The notes beneath the pieces are model-generated. The model searched no databases, was not told where the DNA came from, and saw only the letters and a program-made list of their open reading frames with translations. Below are positions 48,227-58,681 of a DNA stretch of 64,000 nt, piece by piece. The DNA lies in IMG/VR virus record IMGVR_UViG_3300005340_000003, positions 1-64,000 of that record; one strand, 5' to 3'. Positions within the stretch are counted from its first letter, which is position 1; each line of letters starts with the position of its first letter. Made by a program: the position numbers and the translations under genes. Source of the DNA: a virus.

Positions 48227-48346
48227 AGCGGAGTGCGGCACCAACCAGGATAGGCCCTGGCCGTTGCAACGGGTTCCGGCCCGGTGGTCAAACGCCATCG
48301 GGAAAATAGGGATGTGGCTCGGTTCCACGACCTCACTTCGCGACCA
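48227..48346 (+). ncRNA. CCA-terminated multi-hairpin tRNA-like RNA
   Basis: 8-bp closing stem GCGGAGTG/CACTTCGC followed by GACCA; four internal hairpins. Confidence 0.5.
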
Positions 48347-48515
48347 ATTTTGAAACGAATCGTTTACACAAGAATTGATACTCGACCGACCGCACCCCCC
48401 GGTCAGGGTCAGGCGATCCGCGAATGGGACGACGCCTGGAGAGCGAAAGGTTTTCGGACAAAGATTCTGATTTCTCCGGACTCCGCGAAGCTCCTCGGGA
48501 TTAAACCTAAGAACC

Positions 48516-50465
48516 ATGCTGACCGACCCCGCTGAAAAATTTCTCGCGCAGCAAGTCGCTCAGAAAGTTCACTCGGATAAAAAATTCGAGGCGGCTCAAC
48601 AGATTGACGATTACCTGAAGCTCAACCTCCACCTGGAGGACGACCCGAAGCAGTTCCTTCCGGTCCTGATGCACTACGTTCACTATCTCCTGAACGCAAA
48701 CGCACCGGAAGCCGCCGCGCAGGTTCTCTGGACACCAAACCAATTCACGCCGGAGCCACAATTTACAAAAGACCTCTGGCAACTTTTCGACCGGTCCGCG
48801 CAGGGGCTGATTATGGGCGCGGCATCCTGCTCGAAGTCCTACGGAATGGGTGTAAGACTTTTTCTCGAATGGATTCGCGATCCGGAGTGGACGACCATTC
48901 GAGTGCTCGGTCCGAGCGAGGCTCACCTGGAGCAGAATCTTTTTTCTCATCTTGTCGGATTGCACAAGTCAGCATCGCTGCCGATGCCCGGGGAAATCGG
49001 GGAACTTTTCATCGGCACCGACCGGAGAAATCAGTTGTCGAGCATCATGGGCGTAATTATTCCCGTTGGCCAAAAGAAGAAGGCCGGCAGGATTCAGGGT
49101 GTGAAGCGGAAGGGACGGATCACCCGTCATGAAGTCTTCGGAACTCAAAGCAGGCTTTTTATTTTTGTGGATGAAATTGAAAACGTCCCGGGCGGTCTCT
49201 GGTCCGACATCGACAACATTCTGTCGAACATCCAAGAGGAAGGCGAGACATCCGGATTCAAAATTTTCGGCGCGTTCAACCCAACGAATCAAACAGACGA
49301 AGTGGGGAAACGAGTCGAGCCTCCTTTCGGTTGGGAAGGATTCGATGTCGAAAGCCATTACCAATGGAAATCGAAACGTGGGTGGGATGTTCTGCGTCTT
49401 GACGGGGAACGATCCGAGAATGTAGTTCAGAAAAAAGTAATCTACCCAGGACTGCAAACTTATTCCGGATTGGAGATTATCGCGAGGAATGCCGGTGGGA
49501 AATCCGCCGCAGGATATTTTTCTATGGGACGCGGTGCCTATCCGCCACAAGGCATCGAGCTTACCGTGATACCTCCGGGAATGTTAATGAAGTGGCGGGG
49601 AAAGTTCATTTGGTATGACGAACCTAAACCTGTTGGATCAGAAGATTTGGCTCTGGAGGGAGGAAACGCAGCAATATACACTCTCGGAAAATGGGGGAGA
49701 GCAACTGGTATTCTTTTTCCTCCAACCATTGAATACCCATCCGGTCGCAAGTTCATGTTTAAAGACCGCAATGGACACTCAGTCACTCGATACGGACTTC
49801 AGGCCGACCAGCAGTTCATCATTCCTAAAGGAGATACACGGGCAATGACTGACCGGACGATTGAAGTGAATCGTCGCGCGGGAGTGCGGGGGGAATTTTT
49901 CGCGTGTGATCGAACGGGCGCGGGTGCTGGAACAGCAGACCTTCTCCGGCATGAATGGAGTCCATCGCTTCATGATGTGAATTATTCTGAGGCGTGCAGC
50001 AAAGATAAAATCATGATGGAGGATTCGAAACCCTGCAACGAACAATTCGAACGAATGAATTCGGAACTCTGGTTTGCCCTCAAGTCCTGGGGCGAGTTTC
50101 AATATTTCCTCATCAACCCCGAACTGGATTTGACGAAGCTCACCGGACAACTCACTCAACGAAAATTTCGAATCGTTGGCGGGAAGACGCGAGTCGAGCC
50201 GAAGAAGGATTATGTATCGAGAGGCTTCGAATCTCCGGACGAAGCGGACAGCCTAACTCTTCTCGTTCACGCGGCACGTAAAGGTTCCGGTGTGACTCTC
50301 AGCATGTCCCTCGATAATGTCGGCGAACTGAATCCGAATTACGACGATTCGGATGGATGGCTCGACGAGATAACACTTTTGGGTGGGGCTCGGATCGATG
50401 AGAGCAACCGCACGCAATTTCTCGATGACGGAATGAAGCCGGTTCACGAGGACGCAATTTTATGA
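48516..50465 (+). CDS. terL: Terminase large subunit
   Basis: Walker A-like GAASCSKS, Walker B FIFVDE, coupling motif FNP; nuclease EDLA, CDRTGAG, SPDEADSL. Confidence 0.85.
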   Translation: MLTDPAEKFLAQQVAQKVHSDKKFEAAQQIDDYLKLNLHLEDDPKQFLPVLMHYVHYLLNANAPEAAAQVLWTPNQFTPEPQFTKDLWQLFDRSAQGLIMGAASCSKSYGMGVRLFLEWIRDPEWTTIRVLGPSEAHLEQNLFSHLVGLHKSASLPMPGEIGELFIGTDRRNQLSSIMGVIIPVGQKKKAGRIQGVKRKGRITRHEVFGTQSRLFIFVDEIENVPGGLWSDIDNILSNIQEEGETSGFKIFGAFNPTNQTDEVGKRVEPPFGWEGFDVESHYQWKSKRGWDVLRLDGERSENVVQKKVIYPGLQTYSGLEIIARNAGGKSAAGYFSMGRGAYPPQGIELTVIPPGMLMKWRGKFIWYDEPKPVGSEDLALEGGNAAIYTLGKWGRATGILFPPTIEYPSGRKFMFKDRNGHSVTRYGLQADQQFIIPKGDTRAMTDRTIEVNRRAGVRGEFFACDRTGAGAGTADLLRHEWSPSLHDVNYSEACSKDKIMMEDSKPCNEQFERMNSELWFALKSWGEFQYFLINPELDLTKLTGQLTQRKFRIVGGKTRVEPKKDYVSRGFESPDEADSLTLLVHAARKGSGVTLSMSLDNVGELNPNYDDSDGWLDEITLLGGARIDESNRTQFLDDGMKPVHEDAIL

Positions 50466-50598
50466 AAAATCCAGAAGACATCGATATTCGACCGATGGGT
50501 TTAAACACTCCCCAAATTCGAACGCTCGTCATTAAGATAATTGAAAGACAGTGGGAGGAATTTTTTAAGCAGGCGATGAACGCGATCCCGAGGAAAAA

Positions 50599-51177
50599 AT
50601 GAATCGGATCAACGTCAACCTTTTCCCGAAGTCCGGATTCATCTATAAGGAATCTGACGGCACGACCATTGCCGGCAGCACTTGGGATGGCGTTGTAAAT
50701 CGAGTCCGCGCATACCGCAAACGCGCCGGATTACCTCCAGGCGATCCGGAGAATGAAGTGCGTGCCCAGGCATGCCAGCGCGATCCCGTGCTTTGCACAA
50801 ACGATGATGGGAGCCATGCGCGAGCCGTGAAAGTCGCCACGTTAAAAGGGCGTGTTCTTCAGTGGTTCTCCCGGATCAAGGCCGGAAATGCCCGGGAACC
50901 CATCCAGCTTGCCTTTACAGAGGTGATGTATGCCCGGGCGAACGTTTGTGCCTCCTGCCCGATGAATCAGCCCCTACCCGAAGGCTGCTCCAGTTGTAAG
51001 TCAGCCCTGGAAGAGCTTCGAGTCGATATAATCGGCGCGAGGCCGACAGACGGGCGACTCGTTCACCACGGATGTAACGTTTTGGGTGCTGACCTCGCAA
51101 CGCAGGCGTGGATTGAGTCGCCAACAGTCGAAAATGCGGAATTGCCGGCGCATTGCTGGAGGAAACGGACCCTTTGA
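50599..51177 (+). CDS. Cys-rich hypothetical protein
   Basis: R...CASCPMN...CSSC...C...P.HCW. Confidence 0.7.
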   Translation: MNRINVNLFPKSGFIYKESDGTTIAGSTWDGVVNRVRAYRKRAGLPPGDPENEVRAQACQRDPVLCTNDDGSHARAVKVATLKGRVLQWFSRIKAGNAREPIQLAFTEVMYARANVCASCPMNQPLPEGCSSCKSALEELRVDIIGARPTDGRLVHHGCNVLGADLATQAWIESPTVENAELPAHCWRKRTL

Positions 51178-51431
51178 GGCTCTTATCACCGTTCAGAGCG
51201 GCCCTAGCTGCGCTCAGGTTGGCGTATGCGAGGCTTTTCGGCTATCGGACGGTTACGACAGTGCCCGAACGAATGATGCGTCAGGATTGTTGTGAAAACT
51301 GCGAGTTTTTCGATTATCGGGAACGGCAATGTAAGGTTTGTGGATGTTACACCGATTTGAAGATAGTTCTGGCTACCGAAAGCTGCCCGAAAAGAAAATG
51401 GCGGTCTATTTGGATCAAACGCACTACTTAG
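51153..51431 (+). CDS. Cys-rich small protein (DUF6171-like)
   Basis: R...C..C...QCKVCGC...K......CP..KW. Confidence 0.65.
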   Translation: MLEETDPLRLLSPFRAALAALRLAYARLFGYRTVTTVPERMMRQDCCENCEFFDYRERQCKVCGCYTDLKIVLATESCPKRKWRSIWIKRTT

Positions 51432-51440
51432 AAGCAAGAT

Positions 51441-53543
51441 ATGCCTAGCGACTCTGCTGTTTTCAGCACTCAATATCCATCGGGAGACTACCCGGGCACA
51501 ATCGTTCAATCTCCGAAGATTAACGAAGCCGGCAAGCCGACTCAGCGATCCATCAAGGACGCCAACATGGGCCGGGACATTGTGAAGTTGATTATCCAGG
51601 CAGGCCGGAACCGTTCGATAGTCGGTTCGCGTATCCTGGCGAAGTATAATGCAGAGCGGCCATTCGACAGCTACAAACTGGAAGCGGAGGGACTCGCATG
51701 GAAGCAGAATTTCACGACCAAGCCGATGCCGTCCATGATCGACAAGGTTGCTCCGAGATTTACTCAAGCGGTGGATGGACTGAAATACCTCACAAGCTCC
51801 AGCCTCAGCAACAAGTGGGAAAACGCAGCCGCCAAAACGGAAACTTTTCGAGAGGTAATCACGCGAACGATTCGCGGACGAAAAGGATGGACGACTCTTC
51901 TTGAAGACATCGCATTCAACAACGCTCTTTTCGGTTATTCAACCGTCGCGTGGCTCGATGAATTTACGTGGTTCCCGCTTCATTTCAAATTCGATGAATC
52001 CTTCGCCCCGGACGGCACAAAACAGGACTCGACTTTTTGTCAGGTGATGATCCTGAAGGAAACGCTTTTGCCACACGAACTTTTCGCAAAGATCGAGGAC
52101 AGAGAAGTTGCTTCCTCAGCCGGCTACAATATCGAGGAAACAATTACCGGGATCAACAACGCGAGCCCGGTTCAAATTCGTGATCGGCTTAACGTTGGCG
52201 GCACCCTAGAATTTTGGTATCAGAACGCACTTCGCGAGCTTACCATCGGCGCAAGTTATATGGCAGGCGCGTCTGTCATTGTGGTTTATCATCTCCTCGC
52301 ACGCGAAGTAACCGGGAAGGTCAGTCATTACCAATTCGCCGGCCCGAGCATGACGGCTATTTTTTCGAAGGACGACCGTTTCCCGAGTATGCAGGAATGC
52401 CTCACGTTCTACACGTATCAGAAAGGCAACGGAACACTTCACGGCAGCAAAGGCGTCGGTCGCGACATTTACGAATTGGCCGGAATGATCGACCGTAACC
52501 GGAATGAAATCGTGGACCGATCCATCATGTCCGGGAAAATCCCCATCCAGGGAGACATAAAGCGGCTGCACACTTTCAAGATGTCGGTTGTTGGCATGAC
52601 GTGTATTTTCCCGAACGGTTGGACGATCCTGGAGCAACGCCTCGACGGAAACGTTGAGCCGAACCTGAAGCTCGACGCATATTTTAGCGCACTCATAGAC
52701 CAACTCATCGGCAACACGAGCCCGCCGCAGATGCAGAGCGGGGAGGCTTTTCGTTCTCCCGCCGCATGGAATCTTTTGGCGGCTCGCGAAGAGGAAGGAA
52801 AAGATAATCGCATTAGCCGATTCATGACTCAGTTTGTGAACATGATCCAGGCGATGCAGAAACGAATCTGTGACTCCGACACCGCCGAGGACGACGCGAA
52901 AGCGGCTCAAGATGAGTTGCTAAAATCAATGACTCGGGAAGAAATCACTGAGCTTGCAAACTATCCAGTGGCCGGCACGATCCGGGACTTAACTCCACTC
53001 GAAAGGCAAATGATTGCGATGGTAGCCACGGAGAAAAAAGGAAATCCGCTTTACAATCAACGCGCCCTCGAACTTGAAGACCTCACGGCCCGAGTCGGAA
53101 CCGAATTTGCGGAGAGAGTGCTTTTGCCGGATAACGATCCGAGCGTGGAAGCGGAGCAACACCGACAACAGCAACTCGAATCAAACCTGCTCGTCCAAGG
53201 ACAGGCCGTGCCAGTGTCTCCGCGTGACAATCACATGATCCACCTCCAAACCCTGATGCCGCTCGCTCAACAAATCGGCGGGGCAGTCATGCAGGGTCAA
53301 GGAAACACCGCCATGCTGGAGGCCGTTGTCGCGCACATCTCGGAGCATTTTTCTCGTGCTGTCGAACAAGGCGTAAAGAAAGAACTGTTGAAACCCGTCC
53401 AAGAATTCCTGGACAAAGCCGGTCCCGCCATAGCACAACTTAAGCAGATCGACGCAGAGCACGAACAAATCGGTCAAACACTCGGACACCCCGATCAACC
53501 GCAACCCCCACCAAACAATGTCGTCCCCCTCGGAACTCCTTGA
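51441..53543 (+). CDS. Portal protein
   Basis: 700 aa, helical, between TerL and scaffold/MCP; G.GVG...Y; DNH..H near the C-terminus. Confidence 0.75.
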   Translation: MPSDSAVFSTQYPSGDYPGTIVQSPKINEAGKPTQRSIKDANMGRDIVKLIIQAGRNRSIVGSRILAKYNAERPFDSYKLEAEGLAWKQNFTTKPMPSMIDKVAPRFTQAVDGLKYLTSSSLSNKWENAAAKTETFREVITRTIRGRKGWTTLLEDIAFNNALFGYSTVAWLDEFTWFPLHFKFDESFAPDGTKQDSTFCQVMILKETLLPHELFAKIEDREVASSAGYNIEETITGINNASPVQIRDRLNVGGTLEFWYQNALRELTIGASYMAGASVIVVYHLLAREVTGKVSHYQFAGPSMTAIFSKDDRFPSMQECLTFYTYQKGNGTLHGSKGVGRDIYELAGMIDRNRNEIVDRSIMSGKIPIQGDIKRLHTFKMSVVGMTCIFPNGWTILEQRLDGNVEPNLKLDAYFSALIDQLIGNTSPPQMQSGEAFRSPAAWNLLAAREEEGKDNRISRFMTQFVNMIQAMQKRICDSDTAEDDAKAAQDELLKSMTREEITELANYPVAGTIRDLTPLERQMIAMVATEKKGNPLYNQRALELEDLTARVGTEFAERVLLPDNDPSVEAEQHRQQQLESNLLVQGQAVPVSPRDNHMIHLQTLMPLAQQIGGAVMQGQGNTAMLEAVVAHISEHFSRAVEQGVKKELLKPVQEFLDKAGPAIAQLKQIDAEHEQIGQTLGHPDQPQPPPNNVVPLGTP

Positions 53544-53829
53544 ATGGAATAGCGAAGACGAGTCAATTTTCAGACAATTTATCGAAACCCGAACAGGGGC
53601 GAAACTTTGTCCGAGATTGGCTGAACTAGCCCCGACACTCCTCGACGGCGCACACGCGAATAAAACCCTGGTTCGCAACGGCGAACTTCGCGGGTATCAA
53701 TTTGCCCTACAAAACATTCTTTTCCTGGCGTATCCCCCGCCTCCGCCAGTGAAAGAAACCGCCGCGTATCCCCCGCTCGAAGATGACGATGCGTGGGACG
53801 GAGAGAAACTCAATGAACCCAAGAAATAA
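53518..53829 (+). CDS. Small head-module protein
   Basis: F..T.TG..L...G...GY, typical of small ORFs following the portal. Confidence 0.55.
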   Translation: MSSPSELLEWNSEDESIFRQFIETRTGAKLCPRLAELAPTLLDGAHANKTLVRNGELRGYQFALQNILFLAYPPPPPVKETAAYPPLEDDDAWDGEKLNEPKK

Positions 53830-53832
53830 TTT

Positions 53833-55179
53833 ATGGCAGAACCCACACTAACCCCCGAACAAGTAGCCGCCAAAAACGAAGAGACGGCACGCACCCTTGC
53901 GAATCAAGGTAACGATTTTCTGAGGCCCGCATCCCCGGACGATTTCAAGTCGGCTTCCGAGGGTCTCGATAAACTCGCCGAATCAATCAGCAAAAAGAAC
54001 GATCCGGAAGTAATCGCCGCTGAAGAAGCTGCCAAGAAAAAAGCTGAAGCGGACGCTGCCTCTCCCGAACAAAAAGCCGCCGCAGAAAAAGCTGCTGCTG
54101 AAACTGCTGCCAAGGAAGCGGAACAAAAGGCCCTGAAGGAAAAGGCCGATGTCTATTTCAAGGACTCCCCAACGCTGCCGCCGAACGCCAGCCCAAGATC
54201 GGGCGAAGCTTTTGAGGGTATCAAGCTTCGGGCCGCTCAGGAAATCGGCGCGAGAGAAGCTGAGATTGAGAAGTTGAAGAAAGACATCGCGGAGAGAGAC
54301 GAGAAACTCAAGAACCCGGTTCCGCCCGAAATCGAAAAAGAACTGAAGGAGCATCGGGAATGGCGTGCGAAGATCGATGTTGAATACGATCCGAAATTTA
54401 CAGAATTCGATAAGAACGCGGACAACATCCGGGAATTCGTTTACGACCAACTCCGGAAGTCCCCGAACGTCTCCGCCGACAAACTGATTGAGAAAATCAA
54501 GGCCCTTGGCGGTCCGGAAATGGTGGACTGGACGAAGATTTTCGAATCTTTGAAGGACCCAACGCTCGAAAACATCATCAAGTCGAAGGTCTCCGACATT
54601 GAACTGATAAAGTTCAACAAAGCGGAATCGATCAAGACCGCGAAGAAAAACATCGAGCAATACATCACGGACAAAAATGCACAGTCTGAAAAAACTCTTA
54701 CGGCACGTCGCGACGAAACTAAGTCCCATCTCGATAGCTTTGTTCAGAAGCTCGGGTTTCTTAAGCCCGTGCCCGATGACCCGAAAGCGGATAGCGCGAA
54801 GAAATCGCAGATTGAAGAACACAACAAATGGGTCGCCCAGGTGAATGAGAACATTCAAACCGCCTTGAATGACGACACGCCCGAGACTCGGGCTTTGATG
54901 ATTGCCGGTGTCGCGAACCTCATGTATCTGAATCGAATTCACGACGGCACGGTTGCGGAAAACGAGTCGCTCAAGAAAGAAAACGCAACCCTGAAGGAAT
55001 CCATCGCGAAATTCAAAGGCGCGAGCGTCAACCGAATCCGAGAAGGCGGAGCGCCGGCATCCGGTGACTTGCCTAAACCGAAGACGGACGAGGAGAAGCT
55101 TTTCAAGACTCCGGCGACTCAGGCCCTCGATGATTTGGCGAAGGACATCATGGCGAAACGCGCTGCTGCCGGCCAATGA
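53833..55179 (+). CDS. Putative capsid scaffolding protein
   Basis: 448 aa, highly charged coiled coil, after the portal. Confidence 0.65.
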   Translation: MAEPTLTPEQVAAKNEETARTLANQGNDFLRPASPDDFKSASEGLDKLAESISKKNDPEVIAAEEAAKKKAEADAASPEQKAAAEKAAAETAAKEAEQKALKEKADVYFKDSPTLPPNASPRSGEAFEGIKLRAAQEIGAREAEIEKLKKDIAERDEKLKNPVPPEIEKELKEHREWRAKIDVEYDPKFTEFDKNADNIREFVYDQLRKSPNVSADKLIEKIKALGGPEMVDWTKIFESLKDPTLENIIKSKVSDIELIKFNKAESIKTAKKNIEQYITDKNAQSEKTLTARRDETKSHLDSFVQKLGFLKPVPDDPKADSAKKSQIEEHNKWVAQVNENIQTALNDDTPETRALMIAGVANLMYLNRIHDGTVAENESLKKENATLKESIAKFKGASVNRIREGGAPASGDLPKPKTDEEKLFKTPATQALDDLAKDIMAKRAAAGQ

Positions 55180-55400
55180 AAACCACACGTCATTGGGCAC
55201 CCTTTGGTAGAGACAACGAATTCAACATTTGGGGTGATTTTAATCTCCTTGTCGCTGAGAGGGAATCTGACGAGATTTCTTATCGTATGACAAAATATTA
55301 TTTGGAGGGGCCGAATAATCGGCGCAGGGATTTAACCGAGGAAGAATACAAGAAGTGTTGCATGTCTTTCGTTGTCCAAAACTCAACTTTTTCAGAATGA
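55176..55400 (+). CDS. Hypothetical protein
   Basis: ATGA-coupled 74-aa ORF. Confidence 0.5.
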   Translation: MKTTRHWAPFGRDNEFNIWGDFNLLVAERESDEISYRMTKYYLEGPNNRRRDLTEEEYKKCCMSFVVQNSTFSE

Positions 55401-55649
55401 AACAACTTAGGCCGACCGCTAGATACCTCGTCATACGAATTCGGGTTCCCTCGATTTTCGCTCCGCACGGATTGTGGGCAAGATTCGTAACCAACGTTTT
55501 GAAATGTCCCCGGCTTTACAAATGTCGAGACACTTTCAAGATGATTAAATATCGGACCTCGCCGTTTCCTCGGATCAATCTCACTACGGCGATCACCGAA
55601 CATTTCGAAGATACTGAAAAAGCTCTCGATAAACTCGCGAAAGAAATTC

Positions 55650-56570
55650 ATGATCGAAATAGCGGATCACACCTCGGGACTCCCGGCCCTTCCGGTCGAT
55701 CCCCCCAGGACAATTAACGTATTCGACAAGAAAGTTATGGTCGCGCTGCCGTGGCACAAAGCATCGCATCCGATCACCGCTTTCTGTGTAGCGCAATTAC
55801 TCGACAAACGGCGCACATCGAGCGTGCTGAATTTTGGTGATGCGTTCGTGGCGCACTCGCGAAACAGCATCGTGGATGCTTTTCTGAAGACCGACCTAGA
55901 CTATATCCTCAGTATCGACGACGATATGGTTCTGCCGATAGGGAACGCGGAGTGGTTCAAGCTGTATTCGGGGTGGAAATGGATGGGAGACAGTTTTGCC
56001 GGCTTGAATACCATCGACAGATTGACGTCACACAAAAAGTCCGTGGTCGGGGCGTTGTATTTTGGCCGATATATCCACGGTCCACCGGTTTTTGCCGAGG
56101 GAGTGAACGAAGAAGTGGCAAAAATGGTTCGATCAGGCCCGCACGACCGGCTGATGGCGACGAATTGGGTGGGCACAGGCTGCATTTTGATTCATCGGCA
56201 GGTTTTTCTCGACATTGAAAAGCGTTTTCCGCGCCTTGCGCGTGACAACTCAGGGAAATATGGCCAGTGGTTCACCAGTTCCGAACACGGAATCATGGAA
56301 GGTATCGACAGAATGCGCGACATGCTCTCAAAAGGGCCGATGGACGGTCAAAAAGCGATGAAGGCATACGAAATGGCCGAGGGACTTGCCGCAAAAGCGA
56401 GACAATCGAGCGGCCTGGGCGTCGGTGAAGACGTTATTTTCTGCCGGCGAGCCCGGGAATGCGGTCACGAGGTTTATGTGGACCTCGGACTCGTCGCGGG
56501 GCATGTCGGACACTGCTGTTACGGACCGAAAAACACTTTTCAACGACCAACCGATGCGAAATCCACCTAA
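55650..56570 (+). CDS. Glycosyltransferase (GT-A, GT2-like)
   Basis: SRNSIV, SIDDDM, VGTGCILIHR, GEDVIFC, GH. Confidence 0.85.
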   Translation: MIEIADHTSGLPALPVDPPRTINVFDKKVMVALPWHKASHPITAFCVAQLLDKRRTSSVLNFGDAFVAHSRNSIVDAFLKTDLDYILSIDDDMVLPIGNAEWFKLYSGWKWMGDSFAGLNTIDRLTSHKKSVVGALYFGRYIHGPPVFAEGVNEEVAKMVRSGPHDRLMATNWVGTGCILIHRQVFLDIEKRFPRLARDNSGKYGQWFTSSEHGIMEGIDRMRDMLSKGPMDGQKAMKAYEMAEGLAAKARQSSGLGVGEDVIFCRRARECGHEVYVDLGLVAGHVGHCCYGPKNTFQRPTDAKST

Positions 56571-57306
56571 AACCGATAAAATCCTGATCGCTCTCCAGTT
56601 TTGGAACGGAGATAAGCCCTATGCCATGCACCTTGCGAGGCTTCTTGCCGACATCGAGCCGGCCATGTGTCAAAAAGCGGATTTTCTGTTCGTTAGCCGG
56701 TTCGATTGCGATCACGATCAGGCTACGATCAATTATGTGGCACGAAAATTCAACACTTTCTCGTATGTGTCGAAGCGACGAGGCACCGGCTGGCCCTCCG
56801 GGTGCAACGCGACGTTTTTCGGAACCCTGGAGTGGTTCTATCACAAGAAAAACATGGGACAGATACTTCCTTACAAGTCGATTTTTCTTTTTGAGGCGGA
56901 TGGAGTGCCGATGTCCCTCGGATGGATCGACGGCCTAAGTAAAGCCTGGGACAATGCAAATTCCGTGAAGCCCGTTTGCATGGCCGGCGCGTGGTTGGAG
57001 AACGGACCGATCCCGGACTGTGGACACATCAACGGAAACGCGATGATGACAGGTGATTTGAAATTCTTGCGCTGGCTCGTAACTCGCGTCACTGATGTTT
57101 CGGTAAATGTCGGTTGGGATTACATTCTCGCGCCTCAGTTTAAACAACACGGATGGGCAAATCTCCCGCAAGTGAAAAGTGTGTGGAGACAACCGCTGAC
57201 TGAAGAAATTTTTCTTCGACAAATCGAAGAGGGGACGCTCTGGTGGCACGGGTGCAAGGGCGATGCGGGAATCAAACTGGCGAGAAAATTCTTACTCGGA
57301 CAATGA
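56554..57306 (+). CDS. Putative glycosyltransferase (GT-A)
   Basis: FLFEADGVP metal-binding motif; HINGNA; WD; C-terminal HGCK. Confidence 0.6.
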   Translation: MRNPPKTDKILIALQFWNGDKPYAMHLARLLADIEPAMCQKADFLFVSRFDCDHDQATINYVARKFNTFSYVSKRRGTGWPSGCNATFFGTLEWFYHKKNMGQILPYKSIFLFEADGVPMSLGWIDGLSKAWDNANSVKPVCMAGAWLENGPIPDCGHINGNAMMTGDLKFLRWLVTRVTDVSVNVGWDYILAPQFKQHGWANLPQVKSVWRQPLTEEIFLRQIEEGTLWWHGCKGDAGIKLARKFLLGQ

Positions 57307-58025
57307 GCAAATTACTTGTCGCAATTTCCGGATATGACGGAGATCGTCATCAAATCGAAAGCAACTGGCAATGCTATGAGCATCACAACAGCCCGGTCCT
57401 GGTGCTGTCCCCGAAGGACGGAGCAATCGACCGCATGAATTCCGCAAAGTGTATTTCAATCGGAGCGAAGGGCTGGATCGGGGCGCATACGCTTTATCGC
57501 CAGCGTCGGTTCCTTCAGATGATCCTGAATGAACCTGGGGAATTTGTTTTGTTCAACGACGCGGATTCGGTGTGCCTTTCTCCGCAAATTCCAAAATACC
57601 TTTACGATTCTCCGGGAGTTTTCTGGTCGAACGAAGTCAGAGACACGAATCCAGCCGCCTCCAAACTACCGAAACTTGCGTTTCAACCGCCGTATTTTTT
57701 CTCTAAGAGCGTTCTCCATTCGCTCGTCAGATCGTCTGCAACTCCGGCACACTCCTTCACTCAACCGAGCCCCGAAGGTTGGCCGATGCCACTTCCAACC
57801 GAGTGTATCGACCATTGGATGCTTCAGGTGGTTTACGCGGCGAATTTACCTCACAGAAGTTTTCCGGATGGAGCGAGCTTTGAGACGACCAGCCAGCACG
57901 GACTCGATACGATGTCCGAGCATGTGCGGGCACACGGGAAGATTTTCATTCATCAAGTGAAAACTCGTCCGGTGCTCGACCGTCTTCTCGCTGATAGACA
58001 AATTTTCCTCGATACTCACCGATGA
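57303..58025 (+). CDS. Putative glycosyltransferase, paralog A
   Basis: LFNDADS DxD motif; QPPY; IDHW; IHQVKT. Confidence 0.6.
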   Translation: MSKLLVAISGYDGDRHQIESNWQCYEHHNSPVLVLSPKDGAIDRMNSAKCISIGAKGWIGAHTLYRQRRFLQMILNEPGEFVLFNDADSVCLSPQIPKYLYDSPGVFWSNEVRDTNPAASKLPKLAFQPPYFFSKSVLHSLVRSSATPAHSFTQPSPEGWPMPLPTECIDHWMLQVVYAANLPHRSFPDGASFETTSQHGLDTMSEHVRAHGKIFIHQVKTRPVLDRLLADRQIFLDTHR

Positions 58026-58681
58026 ACGAAAGCACACTCATCGCAGTTTTCGGATACGGACCGAGCAAACACGGTTCGAACACCTGGGATTACAAAAATG
58101 CCGGGGATGTCGAACGTATTCGAATGCTCCTCCCATATTACGAGCATCACAAATGCCCGGTGGTAATCATGTCTCCCTCAGACGCGCCGATCCTCAAACT
58201 CGGTCCGCACATCTGCCGGCAGGCCGGCAAACGCGCATATACAGGGCAGGCGTCCCTCGACCGTCAACGGGATCATTTGAGAATCTTGCTTGAGTATCCG
58301 TTTAAACACTTCCTTTTATGTGATTCGGATTCGTGTTGTGTCACCCCGGAAATTCCACAGAATTTTTATGATGTGGACGCCTTCTGGTCGAACGAAATTA
58401 CGGAGCCGAGACCACATGAGTCGCCGTATCCTAAGATTGCGCTTCATCCTCCGTATTTTTGTTCTCGGGAAGTGCTTGGTAGGATGTTGACGGTTGCTGA
58501 TAGGATCGTGGCGCACCCGATTACTCCGTTCATTGACCATTATATGCTTCAACTCGTGTGTGAGTCCGGAGCGGAGCACCGGAATTTTCTCGACTACATT
58601 TTGGATCGTCGGATTATGATTCATCCGGTAAAGACGAAGGAAGACATTATCAAATGTCAGTGCATAGGAGAAACTAAATGA
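58022..58681 (+). CDS. Putative glycosyltransferase, paralog B
   Basis: LLCDSDS DxD motif; shares YEHH, FWSNE, PPYF, IDH.MLQ and IH.VKT with the upstream ORF. Confidence 0.6.
   Translation: MNESTLIAVFGYGPSKHGSNTWDYKNAGDVERIRMLLPYYEHHKCPVVIMSPSDAPILKLGPHICRQAGKRAYTGQASLDRQRDHLRILLEYPFKHFLLCDSDSCCVTPEIPQNFYDVDAFWSNEITEPRPHESPYPKIALHPPYFCSREVLGRMLTVADRIVAHPITPFIDHYMLQLVCESGAEHRNFLDYILDRRIMIHPVKTKEDIIKCQCIGETK

Noticed and set aside
48227-48346. tRNA-Sec interpretation (8-bp acceptor, TCA in a loop)
   Set aside because: The TCA is not in a canonical 7-nt anticodon loop, there is no TTC T-loop, and the discriminator is A rather than G.
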